DNA of 64,000 nt, from assembly GCA_012295275.1 (NCBI GenBank), contig CM022665.1:40176001-40240000 (forward strand), read 5' to 3'. The notes under the pieces were generated by a model. It made no database searches. It was not told where the DNA came from and saw only the letters and a program-made list of their open reading frames with translations. Below, one piece after another: positions 12,267 through 27,512 of this stretch. Made by a program: the position numbers and the translations under genes. The stretch is from Chrysomallon squamiferum. Taxonomy: Eukaryota; Animalia; Mollusca. How positions within the stretch are numbered: position 1 is the first letter of the stretch; every line of letters starts with the position of its first letter.

Positions 12267-15200
12267 ATGACGGACCATGATCCTTCTTTAATCCGATCTC
12301 CGGAGGCAATAAATATTGCTATACACAGAGTTCGTGGTTTGGTAAGTATAAATTATTACTTATAAAATTAAGTTACTTTAATGATTTTCAAAATTTTGTC
12401 AGCACTGATTATCTGGTTTTGTTTTATTGCATTTCATATTATGAACATATAATAAAATGTTTTGATATAATCTTCATCATCACTATTAGCAATATTATGT
12501 AATTTTGATGCAATGTGTGATATTACTCAAATCTGTAGTAGTATTTATTTTTACTTATGTGCTTATTTAACTACAGTTGGTAGATATTTTTATATGGTAC
12601 CTAAATACAGAATTATTTTATATTATATGTTTAATTTTGACAGAAAGGACAAAAGGGTGATGTTGTTAATACCACCATTAGAGTAGAGTTTGGAGAAAAA
12701 GTTCTTGGAGAATCACCCAAGGTTGATTGCACTCTTGAAACTCCAGCAGAGTTCAACTACAATGCAACTCTAAATGTCTCCTATGAAGACCCAGCTGTAT
12801 TGGATGACATTGCAAATAAACCTGTAGTCTGTGAGTAGATGAGTTTCTCATTTAATCCACAGGTATCACATAAAAAAAGAAACAAAAAAAACCCCCCAAA
12901 AGACTTGATTTTCAGTAGAATGTTCATTTGTCAGACACACATTTATTTAAATTTATATCATCTATTTGATATATGTTGAATGCTTTAATTAAGTCAAAAA
13001 AGGAAAATAACTCAAATTTTATTGAATATGATGAGGTTATCAGTGTGACTGAATGATTTGCTGGTAGAAAAATATAATAATTAAAAAATAACAAAAAAAG
13101 AAAAACTCTACTGTTACTCTTTGATTTAGTTTATTATTATTTTATTTAATCAATAAATAAAAAAAAAAATAATTTTTTTAAAAGTGATAAAAACAAGTAT
13201 TAGATAATTTAACATTTTAAAGCTTTTTTCAGCATCATAATTTCACTGTTATTTTTTTTCAGTGACATTTATTGAAGTACTTCCAAAGGAGAAGCGACAA
13301 AAGGAAGAAAAGACTATTTTGCTAGGACAGAGTAGTGTTGATCTTCTTCCTTTGTTGAAAGGTATAAATATTTCATTTAATATTTTAACATACTGATAAC
13401 CAATAAATACTTATTAGTCTTAATTATATTATTATTATTATTATTATTTCATCTCTCTCTCTTTTTTTCTTTTTCTAATCTTGCCATCTTATCATGGAGT
13501 GTCTACATTAGTATTACTCTGTATTTTTATATCTATTTGTTGACATTTACCCATTTAATTTAAATTACACCAGAACGTCTCTCTTTTTCTCTTTTATTTT
13601 CTAAAGATTTTTTTTTATTTCAGACTTAAGTTGAAAGAAAAGCCCTGTTAATATTCTGTTTTTTTGTTTTTATTTCAGGAGAAACTTCACAGAAATACAC
13701 CTTAATTATTAGCCCTTTACCAGGATCTCCACTAGAGCAGATACCACCTGAATACAACAAGGTAGGCCTAGCTGCAGATTGATTCTTAGCATTAACAACA
13801 CGCCTAAAGTTATATATAAAGAAATAGTCTATATGCATTCATAATTCTTCAGAGTTATGTTTTGTCATCATCATCATGATCGTCATTGTTATTGTCACCA
13901 TTATTCTGCTTTTCTAATCTTAATTAATAATGAAAATAACTGCAGATGAAGACTGTTAAAAAAAAAATATCTCTGGTAAAGTTTGAATATTTTGTTATCT
14001 TAATTATATCTTTATGAAGGATAATCTTTTTAATTAAGAGAACAAAATATTTAAAATGTTATCGCAGATATATAAATATATATAAAATACCAATAGCAGT
14101 TAATATTATTAATAAAGTACAAAATATATCTTATTTACAAACCTAATATTATTATTATATTTTATTCCTTTTTATTTATTTATTTTGTTTGTTTGTTTGT
14201 TTGTTTCTTTCTTTCTTTATTTCTTTCTTTATTTCTTTCTTTATTTCTTTCTTTATTTATTTATTTATTATTTTTGTTTTCTATTTAATTTTACAGCCAG
14301 AAGTTGATCTCACCATATCAGTGAGTGACCCAATTCTAGATGAACATCAGCTCAAGGAAGGAAACCTTTTTGCTATTACAATGGAATCTTTGTATTCCCC
14401 ACCTGAGACCTGGCAGATGTCTTCTGGACAGCAGTTCCATTTCATAGCAGCACTACCAATGCCAGTTAATGCAGAGGTCAGAATTTAATTGTATCTTCAA
14501 CATCTGAAAACCTCAGTAGTTAGTATATATACAAAAGTATGGCCATCCCATGTCACTATACATATTTATATATATATATATTCAGAGGTTTAATATTCAG
14601 ACATTCAGAATGAAAAGTTTTTCACATTTCTTCCATTTCAATTGTAAAGATTTTGTTTAAAAATAAAAAAAAAAAAAAAAAAAAAAAAAATAAAAAATGT
14701 TCAAAGGCCTATTAATATAATTCTTTAGTCAAGATAAGTTTTGGTTTCAAACAACTAAAATTATATTAGAGTTAAAATAAATTTCTCAAAATAAATTTGT
14801 GGGGTGTATAAGAACTCAGATTGTAACACTGTCTTATAAAATGCATTTCAAATGGTTACGGTATCATAATGATTAAAATTGTCTTGATCTTAAAATAATT
14901 AAGATGATGTTGTAGTCAAAATAAATTTGTGGTTTAAGTGTTTAAGGTTTGTTATAGTCAGAAATAAATTTGGGGTTTAAGTGTTTAAAATTTGTTATAG
15001 TCAGAAATAAACTTGTCTTTCAAATTATAATACAAATAAACTCACTGTTTTATTACATTACTGAAGATAAGAATTTTAACTACAAGACATTATTATCTTT
15101 AAAGAATGTTCAGTATTTAATAATTAGTTACATTACTAGTTACCTGAACAGTCGAATGTAACCAGCTGCATAGTACCTAAGCCATTTAATTTAAAATATG

Positions 15201-15608
15201 TAGATACTAGGACCATAGCATGGCTCTGGCTCTTAAGTAGAGCTAACTAAGCATTCTGCATTGTATGTAAGGTATACTAAAGTGTTCAGGTGTATAATCT
15301 TTGAACTGAGCAGTAAATATTTTATTAATTATTTTAATTACAGAAAGAAGTTACAGTCGTGTTTCCATCAGGCCACATCAAACCACCAGCTGACAAAGAG
15401 CTACCCAACAAACAGAAAAAGTGGGCAATTCCTGGAACTGCACAGGGACAGGCTGTATACATAACTGACAGGTATATTTATTATTATTATTCTTACTGTT
15501 ATTATTATTAATATTAGTATTAGTATTAGTATTAGTATTAGTATTAGTATTATTTTATCATCATCATCATCATCATTACTATTGTTATTATTACTTTTAT
15601 TATTATTG

Positions 15609-15677
<69 letters not shown>

Positions 15678-17168
15678 GAAGGAATCTGTCAGTTTTAACA
15701 TTAAATTATGGTAGCAATAAATCAAATTAAACATAATTATAAACACTGCTGTTCCTTCTACCATTCCTACTACAAATATTGTGGATACTACTGTTCCTAC
15801 TACTACTGTTATTACTATTACTTACTTGCTTACTTATTTAGTTACTTACTTACTTACTTACTTATTTAGTTACTTACTTACTTAGGCCCATCATCCCTCC
15901 TGGGACATAAGCCATTGACAACATCTCTCCAGAGTTGTCTGTCCTGTGTTTTTTATTTCAAACTGCCTCTGAGTATAATCTGTTTTCTTAATGTCCATCT
16001 GAATATCTTTTTGCCACAAGTTCTTACCACTAATAGTACTAATACTACTGCAATCAATACCACTGTTATTATCACTTTAATCATTACTACTAGTACTATT
16101 GCTGTTATTACTGCTGTTTTTACATTTATAATTATTACCATCTCTGCTACTACTATTACCATTATTACTATTATTACTACAATTACTATTACTATTACTA
16201 TTACTACTACTACGACCACAACTACTACTATTCTTACTAAACAGGTTACCATTACTACTACTACTATTACTTCTACTACTACTACCACTATTATTATTAC
16301 TACTTCTACTAAGATCACCAATGCCACTACATTGCTTCTAGTCCTTCTGCTACTGCCACTGTTATCATCTTTTTCTTCTTTCTCTCTCTAGCTTCATCTC
16401 AACAGTTTCCCTGGAAGATGAAGATGGTGATTTCAGAAGTAAAGATGACAGAGATCACAGAAGCACAGCAGAGTCAGAAAAGAGTCGGGTTTGCTGGAAC
16501 ACAGAAAGACGATGCTATCTGGAGGCTGCTGCAGTCAAAAAGTAACTTGCTGTTTAGATAACAGTTTTATTTATATATATATTTTTATTTTTTTTAAAAT
16601 TTAAATTCAAAGAGTACACGTAATTAGAAATCAGTTTTAAATAGTATTGTAACTGCTTCAGATGTTTCTTCAAACAACTGAAGACCACACTTTTAATTAA
16701 TTTTGTGAAAATGTTATTTTTATGTTCACTTAAAGACCTTGGGTTAAAGTCAATATCATTTATAACTGTTATTGTAAATTAATATTATGTAATTGAGATT
16801 GTAAATTGTATGTAGCAAATGAAGGTGATTGTAAATGCAGTCAGTATGGACAGTAATTATAATATAAAGTTATAAGCATTCAATATAAAGATCAAATGTA
16901 ATTAGATAGAGATAATATTTATAAAACAAACAGAAACAAGCTGCAGTCAGTGCATTTTTTTTATTTTATTTTATTTTATTTTATTTTGTTTCATTTTATT
17001 TCATTTCATTTGTTAAACTGATAAACTGTATTAATATATAAATTTATATTATTTAATTCCATATTTATTACTTGTACAAAATCATAGTTGTACATTTTAT
17101 AATTGATTTTATCACTAAGATTAGAGGCTTTTGTTATATTTGATATCTTAGGTGTGTGTATGTATGTA

Positions 17169-17207
<39 letters not shown>

Positions 17208-19543
17208 GTATATATCACTATTAATTTACAGTCTGAATGCAGTTATGTATAGCTGAAGTGCAATCCAGGTCAGATGAGTTTTCTACTTTAACGTTATTTT
17301 TTGTTGCAGTTTTCAAGATTCTGTTGCCAAATGTCGTTTGTGGCCAGTAGAAGTTTTCAGAATTCCCCACCCCACTGGAACAAAAGGGAAAAAGGTAATT
17401 TATAATTAGTTTAATTATCACATTATTATTATTATCATCACACTGTGATTATTATTGTTGCTGATGTTGTTTATCATTTTTCCTGTTGCTGTCTTTATTA
17501 CTGTTAATATGTTGTTTTTATTATTATTATCATTTTCATTATTAACATTCACATTATTAACACCATTATTAACACCATTGTTATTATCTTTATTATTTTT
17601 AACATTATTATTAATATAACATTTTCATTTCTGTTTTAGTAGTAATTAGATGAATGCATCAAATTTCTCTGTGTGTATGTGTGTGTGTCTGTGTGTGTTT
17701 GTGTGTGCATAGTGGGGGGGAATATTTACATGGGATGAGATAGATGCTTTAAATTCACATTGGAGTATCTTAGTAGAACTAATTTTAAGTGATATTTATT
17801 TTACTACAAGTTGAAATTCTGTTTGATTTCATGTTTACTTTATTACATTAATTTTATATTATTTGAAGGCCGCAAATCGTCCAAAGGTTGGTATAGCAGA
17901 AAAATGTTGTTTCAAAAGTTCAGTCTATTAGTTGTTTGTTTCTTTGTGTGTGTTTCATTTTATAGTTCATGTTCTTGTTGTTGTTGTTGTTTTTTAAAAA
18001 AAGATTCTTCATTTATTAAATTATTTACTTATTTAATTGTTGTTGAAACATCTGATCCTAGATACATAATTCATTGTTAGCAGCTACATTTTTATGGTTT
18101 TCTTCTTAAAGTGCAGCTGTAGTGGTGCTTGCAAATGGCCTAATTATATTTTAGATATCTGTATAAAATGTATGTACAGTTTATTATAAAATTATATATA
18201 ATCATTATTCACAGATTTTTTAAAACAGAAACAAAACAAACAGATTTCTTTTAATAATAATAATAATAGGTACCAATACCACAAAAAAAAGAAAAAAAGA
18301 AAAAAAAGAAAAAATTTCAGTTTTCCTAGATCTAAGCTTTATCATTAATAAAGAATAGTTGCTATTACAAATTAAAGAAAATTAAAGAACATGAAGTATT
18401 CAAAATGCATTCAATGGCAGGCCATTATGTATGTACCACCAAAGTGTACTTAAGATAATACAAGAAAACAGCAAAACAGTAATAATTTAAAATATCAATA
18501 ATCTTTTAATAAATAAATAAATAAATAAATAAATAAATTTGAAGTAACATGTACATGGAATTTTGAATGGATTGAAAATATTGCAATTTTGAATCAACCA
18601 TTATTAGATCAAAACAGTGATTCTCAAAAAATTATCTTCTTTCTTTTTCTTCTTTTCTTTTGAGGTTAGAATGTTTTGTGAACCACAACATTATACATGT
18701 AGATTAGATAAAGATATTAATAATGATAGAATAAATAAATAAATAACAGTATAGATATAATTATGTTTTACAAGATCTACCATTCAGTAACTGTATTAGT
18801 TACAAGCATAGATTAGCAAAAATAAATCCTTAATTTAGCAGTTTCTGTTAGAAATGACTAGCTGTTTAGAATTTACTTTAGTTTTTTGCTGGTTAAGATG
18901 ATAGCTTGCCTAATAGGAACGTGCTTTAGAAGTTAATAATTTTATAGGCAGTTATTAATGTTAGTTATTTTTTATAAAGCACATTATTTATAGACAACTA
19001 TGTGTATAGCAGTATTCAAAACAAATTTTAAATATAACAGTAAACACCTTCATAACAATAATTATTTAACATTAATTTTTACTTTATTTATTTATTTTTT
19101 ATTTTTTTATTAATGTTTTATTATTATTATTATTATTATAATATTCATTATCATTATTATCATTAATATTTCTTTTATCATTATTTTTTTTGTTTTTATT
19201 TGTTTTAATTTTATTTTTTTATTGTCTATTTATTTATTTATTTATTTGTTTGTTTATTTCCCGTATGAGAATTAATGAAAAAGAAATATATAATTTATCA
19301 AAGAAATTTAATTTCAAAATAAAGTGGAACATTTAATGGTTTAAAAGCAAAATATTAGAGGAAAAAAACATTATGAATAGAGACATGATAGATGTTGTAG
19401 AAATAATTTTTTCAACATCATTATAATTGTATTTTAGTTTAGCAGTTATCATTATATATGAAGAGGACATTATGTCCATACCAGTTATCATTTATTTTCT
19501 TATTCATATTATAACATCAGTAAAGTTTTTTTTTACTTTTAAA

Positions 19544-19584
<41 letters not shown>

Positions 19585-19664
19585 CTACATATTTTCCATA
19601 TAACATAATCATATTCATGTAATAACTTTATTTATTTAATATATTTTTCTGTTTTTGGCAGTAC

Positions 19665-19727
<63 letters not shown>

Positions 19728-20299
19728 TTATAAATATATATATATATGAATCAATGCTGCACATTAAAGTGATATAAAATAAATCAGGAATCATTCTTAG
19801 GAGTAGGCTCTACTGGACTCTGTAGAACATTTGGGCTTTTTTCAGTTCTAGCCAGTTCTCCTAAATGGAGGTACAAAAAACTTATTCGTATCACAAAGTA
19901 TGTTTAAAAAAGATATGTTGCTTACAGTTAGTAAGATGAGGCCACAGAATAGACTTGCCTGCCTTTCTTTCTTATACTGTTACTTTGAATTTTATGTTTG
20001 ATAAATATGAATGTAAAATGTGTAGATAAAATAATATTTGAAATATTTTTGTTTTTTGACTTTCAGGAAGAACATGATTCTTCAATCTCTTTTCATGGAG
20101 TTGCCTTTGTTGACATGGCTCCACTCTTATATCCTGGAGGTATTTATTTATTTATTTATTTATTTCTGTATCTATTAGTCTGTCTGTCTGTGTGTCTATC
20201 TATCTATCTCTATTATTTATAATGCTCTTTTTCTTCTTCTTTGTCATCATCATCTTATTATTCTTCTTCTTCTTCATCTTCATCATCTTCTTCTTATTC

Positions 20300-20330
<31 letters not shown>

Positions 20331-22080
20331 CATTATTATTATCATTATTATTGTTTTTTATGCATATATTTGTTTATTTATTTATTAGAGTAATATTTTT
20401 CCATTTATTATATTTTTGAAATTTAAATTAAGAGGTATAAAATTTAATTTAAAATGTATTCATTCATTTCTTTATTTATTATTTTTATTTGTATTTGTAT
20501 TTCTGATAATTAAATTTTGTTTGTTTTATTTTACACTTTTTATCTTTATTTTTTATTTTCTCAAACAATTACATAATTATTATTTTTCTTTGAGTTTTAA
20601 TTGCCTTCTGTTTATTTTGGCATAAAATGTGATTAATTAATAACAAGTTTGTCTCTTAATATCCTCCTGTTTATCAATAATAAAGCAGAAATGGCCATTA
20701 CTTGTGTTTATCACGACAACCTGATTAATTAAAATAAATAATTAATTACTAGATTAACGCTTTTTCTTCTTTTTTTTTCTCTTTTCCAGTAAGCAAAGTC
20801 CATGGTGCTTATAAGGTTCTTCCTTATACTGACCACCTGCTGAGCGAAAAGGTAAACTAATTAATTAGCATAATTTAATTGTTTATAAACGGGTGTCTTT
20901 CACAGTTGTGAGTTGTGCTGTTTGAAGACAGGTGCAGTTTTGTGTCTTACTGTATTTCTCATAAACTTCTAAATTTTTGGATTATATGTGTTTGGAGAAA
21001 CTGACTTTGCTGAAATAAATTACCATCTAGGTCTTACATTGTACATTTGAAATTTCAGATTTCAATTTTTATTTTCTAAATTGTGAAATACTAGAGAAAT
21101 ATTTTGTATAACCACCATGATCGAGAATGTAATTTCAGAATCTTGTGTTTTGTGAATTAAAATTAACATCAGATTAAATCTTTTGGCGTTTTGTGGAATA
21201 TTCAAAGTTTGTGTCATGTGATCATTGATCAGTTATTTGGAATTCGTTATTGCATACTTGATGACAAAAAAGTTCAAGATTTGAGACTTTTTGATATTGT
21301 TAAATATCACAAGTGTTGTGTGTATATTTCTTTGCTCGTTTTGATTTTTCACCATGAGTCTTAAAAAGGTACATGTTTACTAATTTTTTTGTATTCTAAA
21401 ATTTATTTAAAAGTTGATTGTTGTGAGATCCCAAACTTTATTCTAGGTAATTTGTAAAACATTTTTTTTATTTTACATATTTTTGTAATTTCTATCCTCA
21501 AGTATATGATAATGATAACCTAAGTAATATATTTTCTGAAAGATTTTTTAAGTGATGGCATGTGCATTACCCACTGAAGAAATAAAATTAAAAAAATTAA
21601 TCAAAATTAAAAAATAAAAAGCGGTGTGCATAGATAATGATCCTTCGTCATCCTCATTGACTTTAATCATTTGATCAAAGAAATGAATTCATCATCAATG
21701 GATATCAGAATATGAAATACAAAATATTATGGCTTTTGTTCCTTTTTAGCCTTTTCTATTTTGGTTCCAGGTTAGTTATAATGGTTTTGTTTCTCTCAGA
21801 AACAAAGAAAACCTAATATTTTTGTTTGTTGGTGCCATTTGTCTCTTATACTGTTTGTTTTTTAAAATAGACTGCAGGCAGAAGAAAGGCCGGTGTGGCT
21901 GATGAAGCCAGCAGAGTTGCCTTCAACTTGTTAAACAGAAACACTACATCACCATCTCCAAAAAAACTTGGCAAGGATGACAAAAAGGACCAGAAAAAGG
22001 GGGTAGGTTTCATTTTATTTTTCATAAATTACATTTTTAAACATTTATGATGATGACAATTATTTATTTACATTTTGTAG

Positions 22081-22139
<59 letters not shown>

Positions 22140-23266
22140 TTTGTGTATGTGTTTTTATAAATTATATCTATTTTGAGTATTTTGTCAGTACATTATTATT
22201 TTTTAAATCAGTCATATATATTAAAATTCATTTAATTACGTTTGAAATGACTTAATAAAATGATTTAATGTATAGAACTTTCAAAGTTTCTTTTTTATAA
22301 TAATCTAAATAGACTTAAAAGAATAAAATTTATAAAAATATAATAGTTTTGTTTAAGAAATTTGTTTGAAACAGATTTTTGACTGCAGTGGATTGTTCTA
22401 TAATCTTTGTTTTTAAAATTGTAAAATAATGATTCATTTTGTGGGTGGTGCATTTTGAATCACATTTCATCTGCACTTTCTTAAAAATAAATTTAAAACT
22501 CTAAGTAAAAATAAATGAATATTATAACAAATGTATGCATTAATTATTTTATAAATCAGTACAAAATATAAGTGTTCAAACTGAAATTAAAACGACTTAA
22601 AATAGATTGTCTGTTATCAATTTAATAATTCAAATATTAACATATTTAAAATATATATTTACTCAAAATGTTCATATATTTAGAATACAAACCTATTTAA
22701 AATACAAATCTATTTAAAAATATAAATCTATTTAAAATATTTAATATTTAATATATTTAAACTATCAATGTAGTTAAGATATAAATCTCTTTAAAATATA
22801 TTTGCCAACAAAAACAATTAGATTTTTAAACCAATTCAGACTTAAGTTACAAAATACATTTTATTACTTCTACAACCCACATACAAACATTTTTACTGCT
22901 GCACTGGTTCTTTACATCATAGCCATTTTGCTTCACTTTTATAAGCAGCACTTTACATTCTCAATCTCAGACAGGACTGCAAGACTGCTAAATATTTCTT
23001 GTTACAAACATGTTAATGGTTAATCATGTTCAGTCATTTATACCCATTGCTTGGCATTGCCTCAAAAGAATAATTGTAATGCCTAGCACATCCTTCTCAG
23101 TGTGATGTAAAATAATACTTTAATTTCTTTTAATCAATGTTTTTTAAATATATATATATATATATATATTTATTTTTTTTTTTATAAGTACATGGATAAT
23201 GAAATATTATATCTAAAATAATAATAATAATAATAATTTATAATGCTCATGTTAATAGTTACTGTC

Positions 23267-23301
<35 letters not shown>

Positions 23302-25228
23302 TGATAATAATGATGATAACAGTAAATGTAATGGTAATATTAATAAAAATGATAATTATAATAATAATAATAATAATAGTAATCAAAACTATCAAGATAA
23401 TTGTGATGATGAGAATGATGCTGCTGCTGATGATGATAATAATAAAGTTGTTTGTATTGTCTGTAATTGAACATTACAGAGATCGAGTAGTCATTCTCAA
23501 CTTGGAGACGAGGTTTGTAGAATGCTTTTGAAAATCGCTGCGACCTTTGACATTTTATTTTAGTCAGGAATACTTACTTACCCATGGCATTTGGAATTTT
23601 GTTCATGAATACTTATCTACTAAACATATATTTATTGAAAATGTATTCAAATGTATCTACTGACCTACGTATTTACCCTGATATCAGAAATTGTATTCAA
23701 AAATATATATTGGTTATTATAATAATTATTATTATATGTATATATATATATATTATATGCATGTATATATATGTATATGTATTCATTAACCCAACCTCTT
23801 TTGGCACAAACATTCAGTGAGGCCATTGCACTTTTGGATGTGCTTTTGGATGCAGTTTATCTATAATTATTTAATTATTTTTTGTTTATTTATTTTTGTA
23901 TTTTATTTTTGTATTTTATTTTTATATATTTTTTTTTTTTTTAAATCTGAATGTGCAGTTTAGTTTTTCATTTTTAAGCAGTTTTATTTTTAAATTTTTA
24001 ATTTTTAATTCTTTTCTTTTCTTTTATTATATATTGTTTTAATTTTCTATTCTAAAGAGTAGTAAAGGAATGTGCGCTTAATATTCCATATCATTTTTGG
24101 AAATGATCAAATTAATTTTGCTTGATTTACATTTGATTTTCTCTTTTGCTGTGTGTATTAATTTTATTTTGCTCTTTAAAATGGTTATGGGCTGTTTGGT
24201 TTTTAATATATATAAATTTTTTATTATTCCCAAAGGCATTAGACACTAATTATAAATGTGTGTTCTTTTAACAACAACTGTGTGCTTTTAATACAACCCA
24301 CCCCAGAAAGAAAAGAAGAAGAAGAAGAAAAAGAAAAAACAGAAATTAAAATTCAGCTTTTACACAGAAATATGCTTCTCCTTATTTTTATTTTTCTTTT
24401 TTTTTTTTTTTTTTCAATAATTTTGCTTGGAAAATAGAAAACAGATATTTGAAATTTTAAAATTATATTTTGCTTATTTTGTGAAAAGAAAAAGAAAATA
24501 GTTGCATTTTTTCAGCCTTCTACAACTGCAAGAAGTTTGTCGCAGGCTGCATGGTTGCTTTTGGTAAATTGTAGAAGTACATGGTGCAGTATTATTAAAT
24601 ACTGCACCATTGTTATAGATGTACAAGCAGTAATACTTATTAACATAGCAGTAAAGTATTTACAAGATAACAGTAACTCTTAAATACTCTTTTACTTTGT
24701 AAGCTGTGCATCCTAATTAGAAATCATTCCTAATTTGTAATTAGAACATGTTATTTTGTAGTATGTCCATTTACAAAGTTCCCCACATTATTTCATAGTA
24801 CAGAGGGATGTTGTAGAAACTGTTAATCTTTTTTTTTTAATAGATTGCTTAGGTTTGTAGTTAAATTTCTACATGGAGAAAGAATGATGGATGCAAAAGT
24901 CGTTGAAATTAGTAATACCTGTTTACATTTTGATCAGTTTGTGAGTAAGACTCTACTCAAAAACAAAATATTGGTATACATTGTAATATCTCTTTCCTGA
25001 TTGGTCACTACACTTGAATACATTTGCTTAGTGTTTTGGACTTTGTAGATAATGACATTTCTGCTGATAGTAATATGTATGTTTTTTGCACAGGCAGTTA
25101 CTGAATTATTTTAATGAAAATATTTGGCTTCCCATTCATTTTATCATTATGATTATTATTATTATTTTATTTTATTGCTAGTATTATTTATTTTTATTAC
25201 TAGTATTATTTATTATTATTACTAGTAT

Positions 25229-25261
<33 letters not shown>

Positions 25262-25539
25262 TTATTACTAACATTATTTATTTAATTATTTATTACTGTT
25301 ATTATTATTATTAATACAGAAGTTAAATTAGATAATATATTTAACTTAATGAGTGGTAGAAATAAAAGGTTGTCTCCCTTGAACTGGTTTATTTCATTTT
25401 TAAAGCGCAGAAATTTTTTCAGTTTTTATTTATTTGTTTTGTTTTCATTTATTTTCTTTTTTTATCTCTTAAATACTTTTTATATCTGCTGATCTTTATT
25501 TCTTTCTGTCAGTCTGCCTATCTGTCTGTCTGTCGATTG

Positions 25540-25593
<54 letters not shown>

Positions 25594-25619
25594 GTTGTTA
25601 TTTTTACAGTTATTATAAC

Positions 25620-25662
<43 letters not shown>

Positions 25663-26305
25663 GTGTGTGTGTCTCATGTGTAGGCCAAAACAGTAAATAT
25701 CAGCAACAATAACAGCCTACACAATACTCAAAGCAAAGAAAAAGAGGATAAACATTTGGTAAAAAATCCAAAGTGTTTTTGATTTTCTTTATTTTAATTT
25801 TCTTTATTTACTTTTTTTAATAATACTATTTTTCCAAAAAGATATTTAGAGAACACCCTTACAGCATATAAGCAAAAAGAACTGAAGTAAATAAATTTAA
25901 AATTGTTTTATTATATATTTGACTGGAAACGTTTATAAAAATAAATAAAAGCTTTAAATTGTCTTAAGAATTACCTCTAATAAAAATAGTAATTTTTATA
26001 ATAAATAATAAAGAAGGAAAGAAAGAAAAAGGAAGAACTAGAAGTAAATAGAAAAATTCTGTAAATATGTTTTTTTTTTATGTGAAATAATAATTATTTT
26101 GTGGTGAAAAATGTTTCAAAGTCACCCAATAAATGTGTTAAAAAATGTTTTTAAAATGTGGTGATCTCTGAATAATCTTACTGGTAAAGTAAGATTGTTG
26201 TTTGTTCCTGTTTATTTTATTTTATTCTATTTTATTTTATTTTATTTTATTTTTTTATAAAATATAATACAGTTAATAAAATTGAATGCAGATGTAATAA
26301 AAAGG

Positions 26306-26375
<70 letters not shown>

Positions 26376-27477
26376 AAACTTCTTAAATTTTGCCAAGCAA
26401 AATTTAAAAATTAATAATAAATTTTGAATTGAGTAATTTATTCATAATTACAATAAATATTTATTATTTTATTGTTATTTTCATTTTTATTTTTATTTTA
26501 TTTTATGGTTGTTTTGTTTTGTTTTGTTATTCATTTTTGTTATTCATATTTGTTGTTTTATTTTGAATCAGTTTTAGTTTTCATTTCAAAAAACAGTTCC
26601 ATATGTATGTGAGTGTGTGAGTGTATGTATGTGGACATAATGTACATATTTATAACTTTCTAATTTGCTTGTATCATATATCATTTGCTAATTTTTATTT
26701 TATGAAGAAAGACAAACACAAACATTCCTTAAGATTTCAGTGATATACCTGTACTAGTTTGAATATTTTTATCAACTTAAAAATCATAAATAAAATGACC
26801 AGTTAGAGATTAGTTTCATACTTACACACAAATCTAACAACTCCTAAATGCTTTGCTTATTTTGTATCAAATTTATCTAAATGTGCTTTAACTGCTTAAC
26901 AATAATAACTCCATTCTTTTTAATGTAATAGAACAGAATTGAGGTTTTGTATCAAGAAGTTGTTACATTTTAAAGTTTTAAAACAATGTTAATAAGACAT
27001 TGTTACATTTTGATAATACCAAAAATTGAATCTCATTTTTAAACACATCTCCTTTGTGAATAATGAAATGAACAACCTTGAAATTTAAATTAAAATAATC
27101 TAAATTTTGATTAAAATTTCTTCATCTCAAGTGATGTTTATTTGTAATTTTATAACTTAAACAATTTATGCTGATATAAATTATGTTGTTTTTGAGAATA
27201 TTTTAGGGATATAATTAAAGAAAAAAGAAGTCAGTTGTTTTAATTATCATGAAATTACATATTTATTAAATGCCATTTATCATTTCTTTCCGTCTTCTTA
27301 TAAATAATGTTTGGCAGATTCTATTTCATTCGACAATAACTTCACATTCATTATTACTTATCCTTTTTTTTTTTAAATTATTTGATCAAAATGTATATTT
27401 TTTTTTTATTAATTAATTAAATAATTAATTTGTATATTTATTTATTTATCTATTTATTTATTTGCTTATTTGCTTGC

Positions 27478-27512
<35 letters not shown>

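Noticed and set aside
15915-16391. Thr/Ile-rich mucin-like ORF and its Val-rich antisense ORF
   Set aside because: Degenerate (ACT/ATT)n microsatellite plus a LINE remnant inside a CFAP70 intron.
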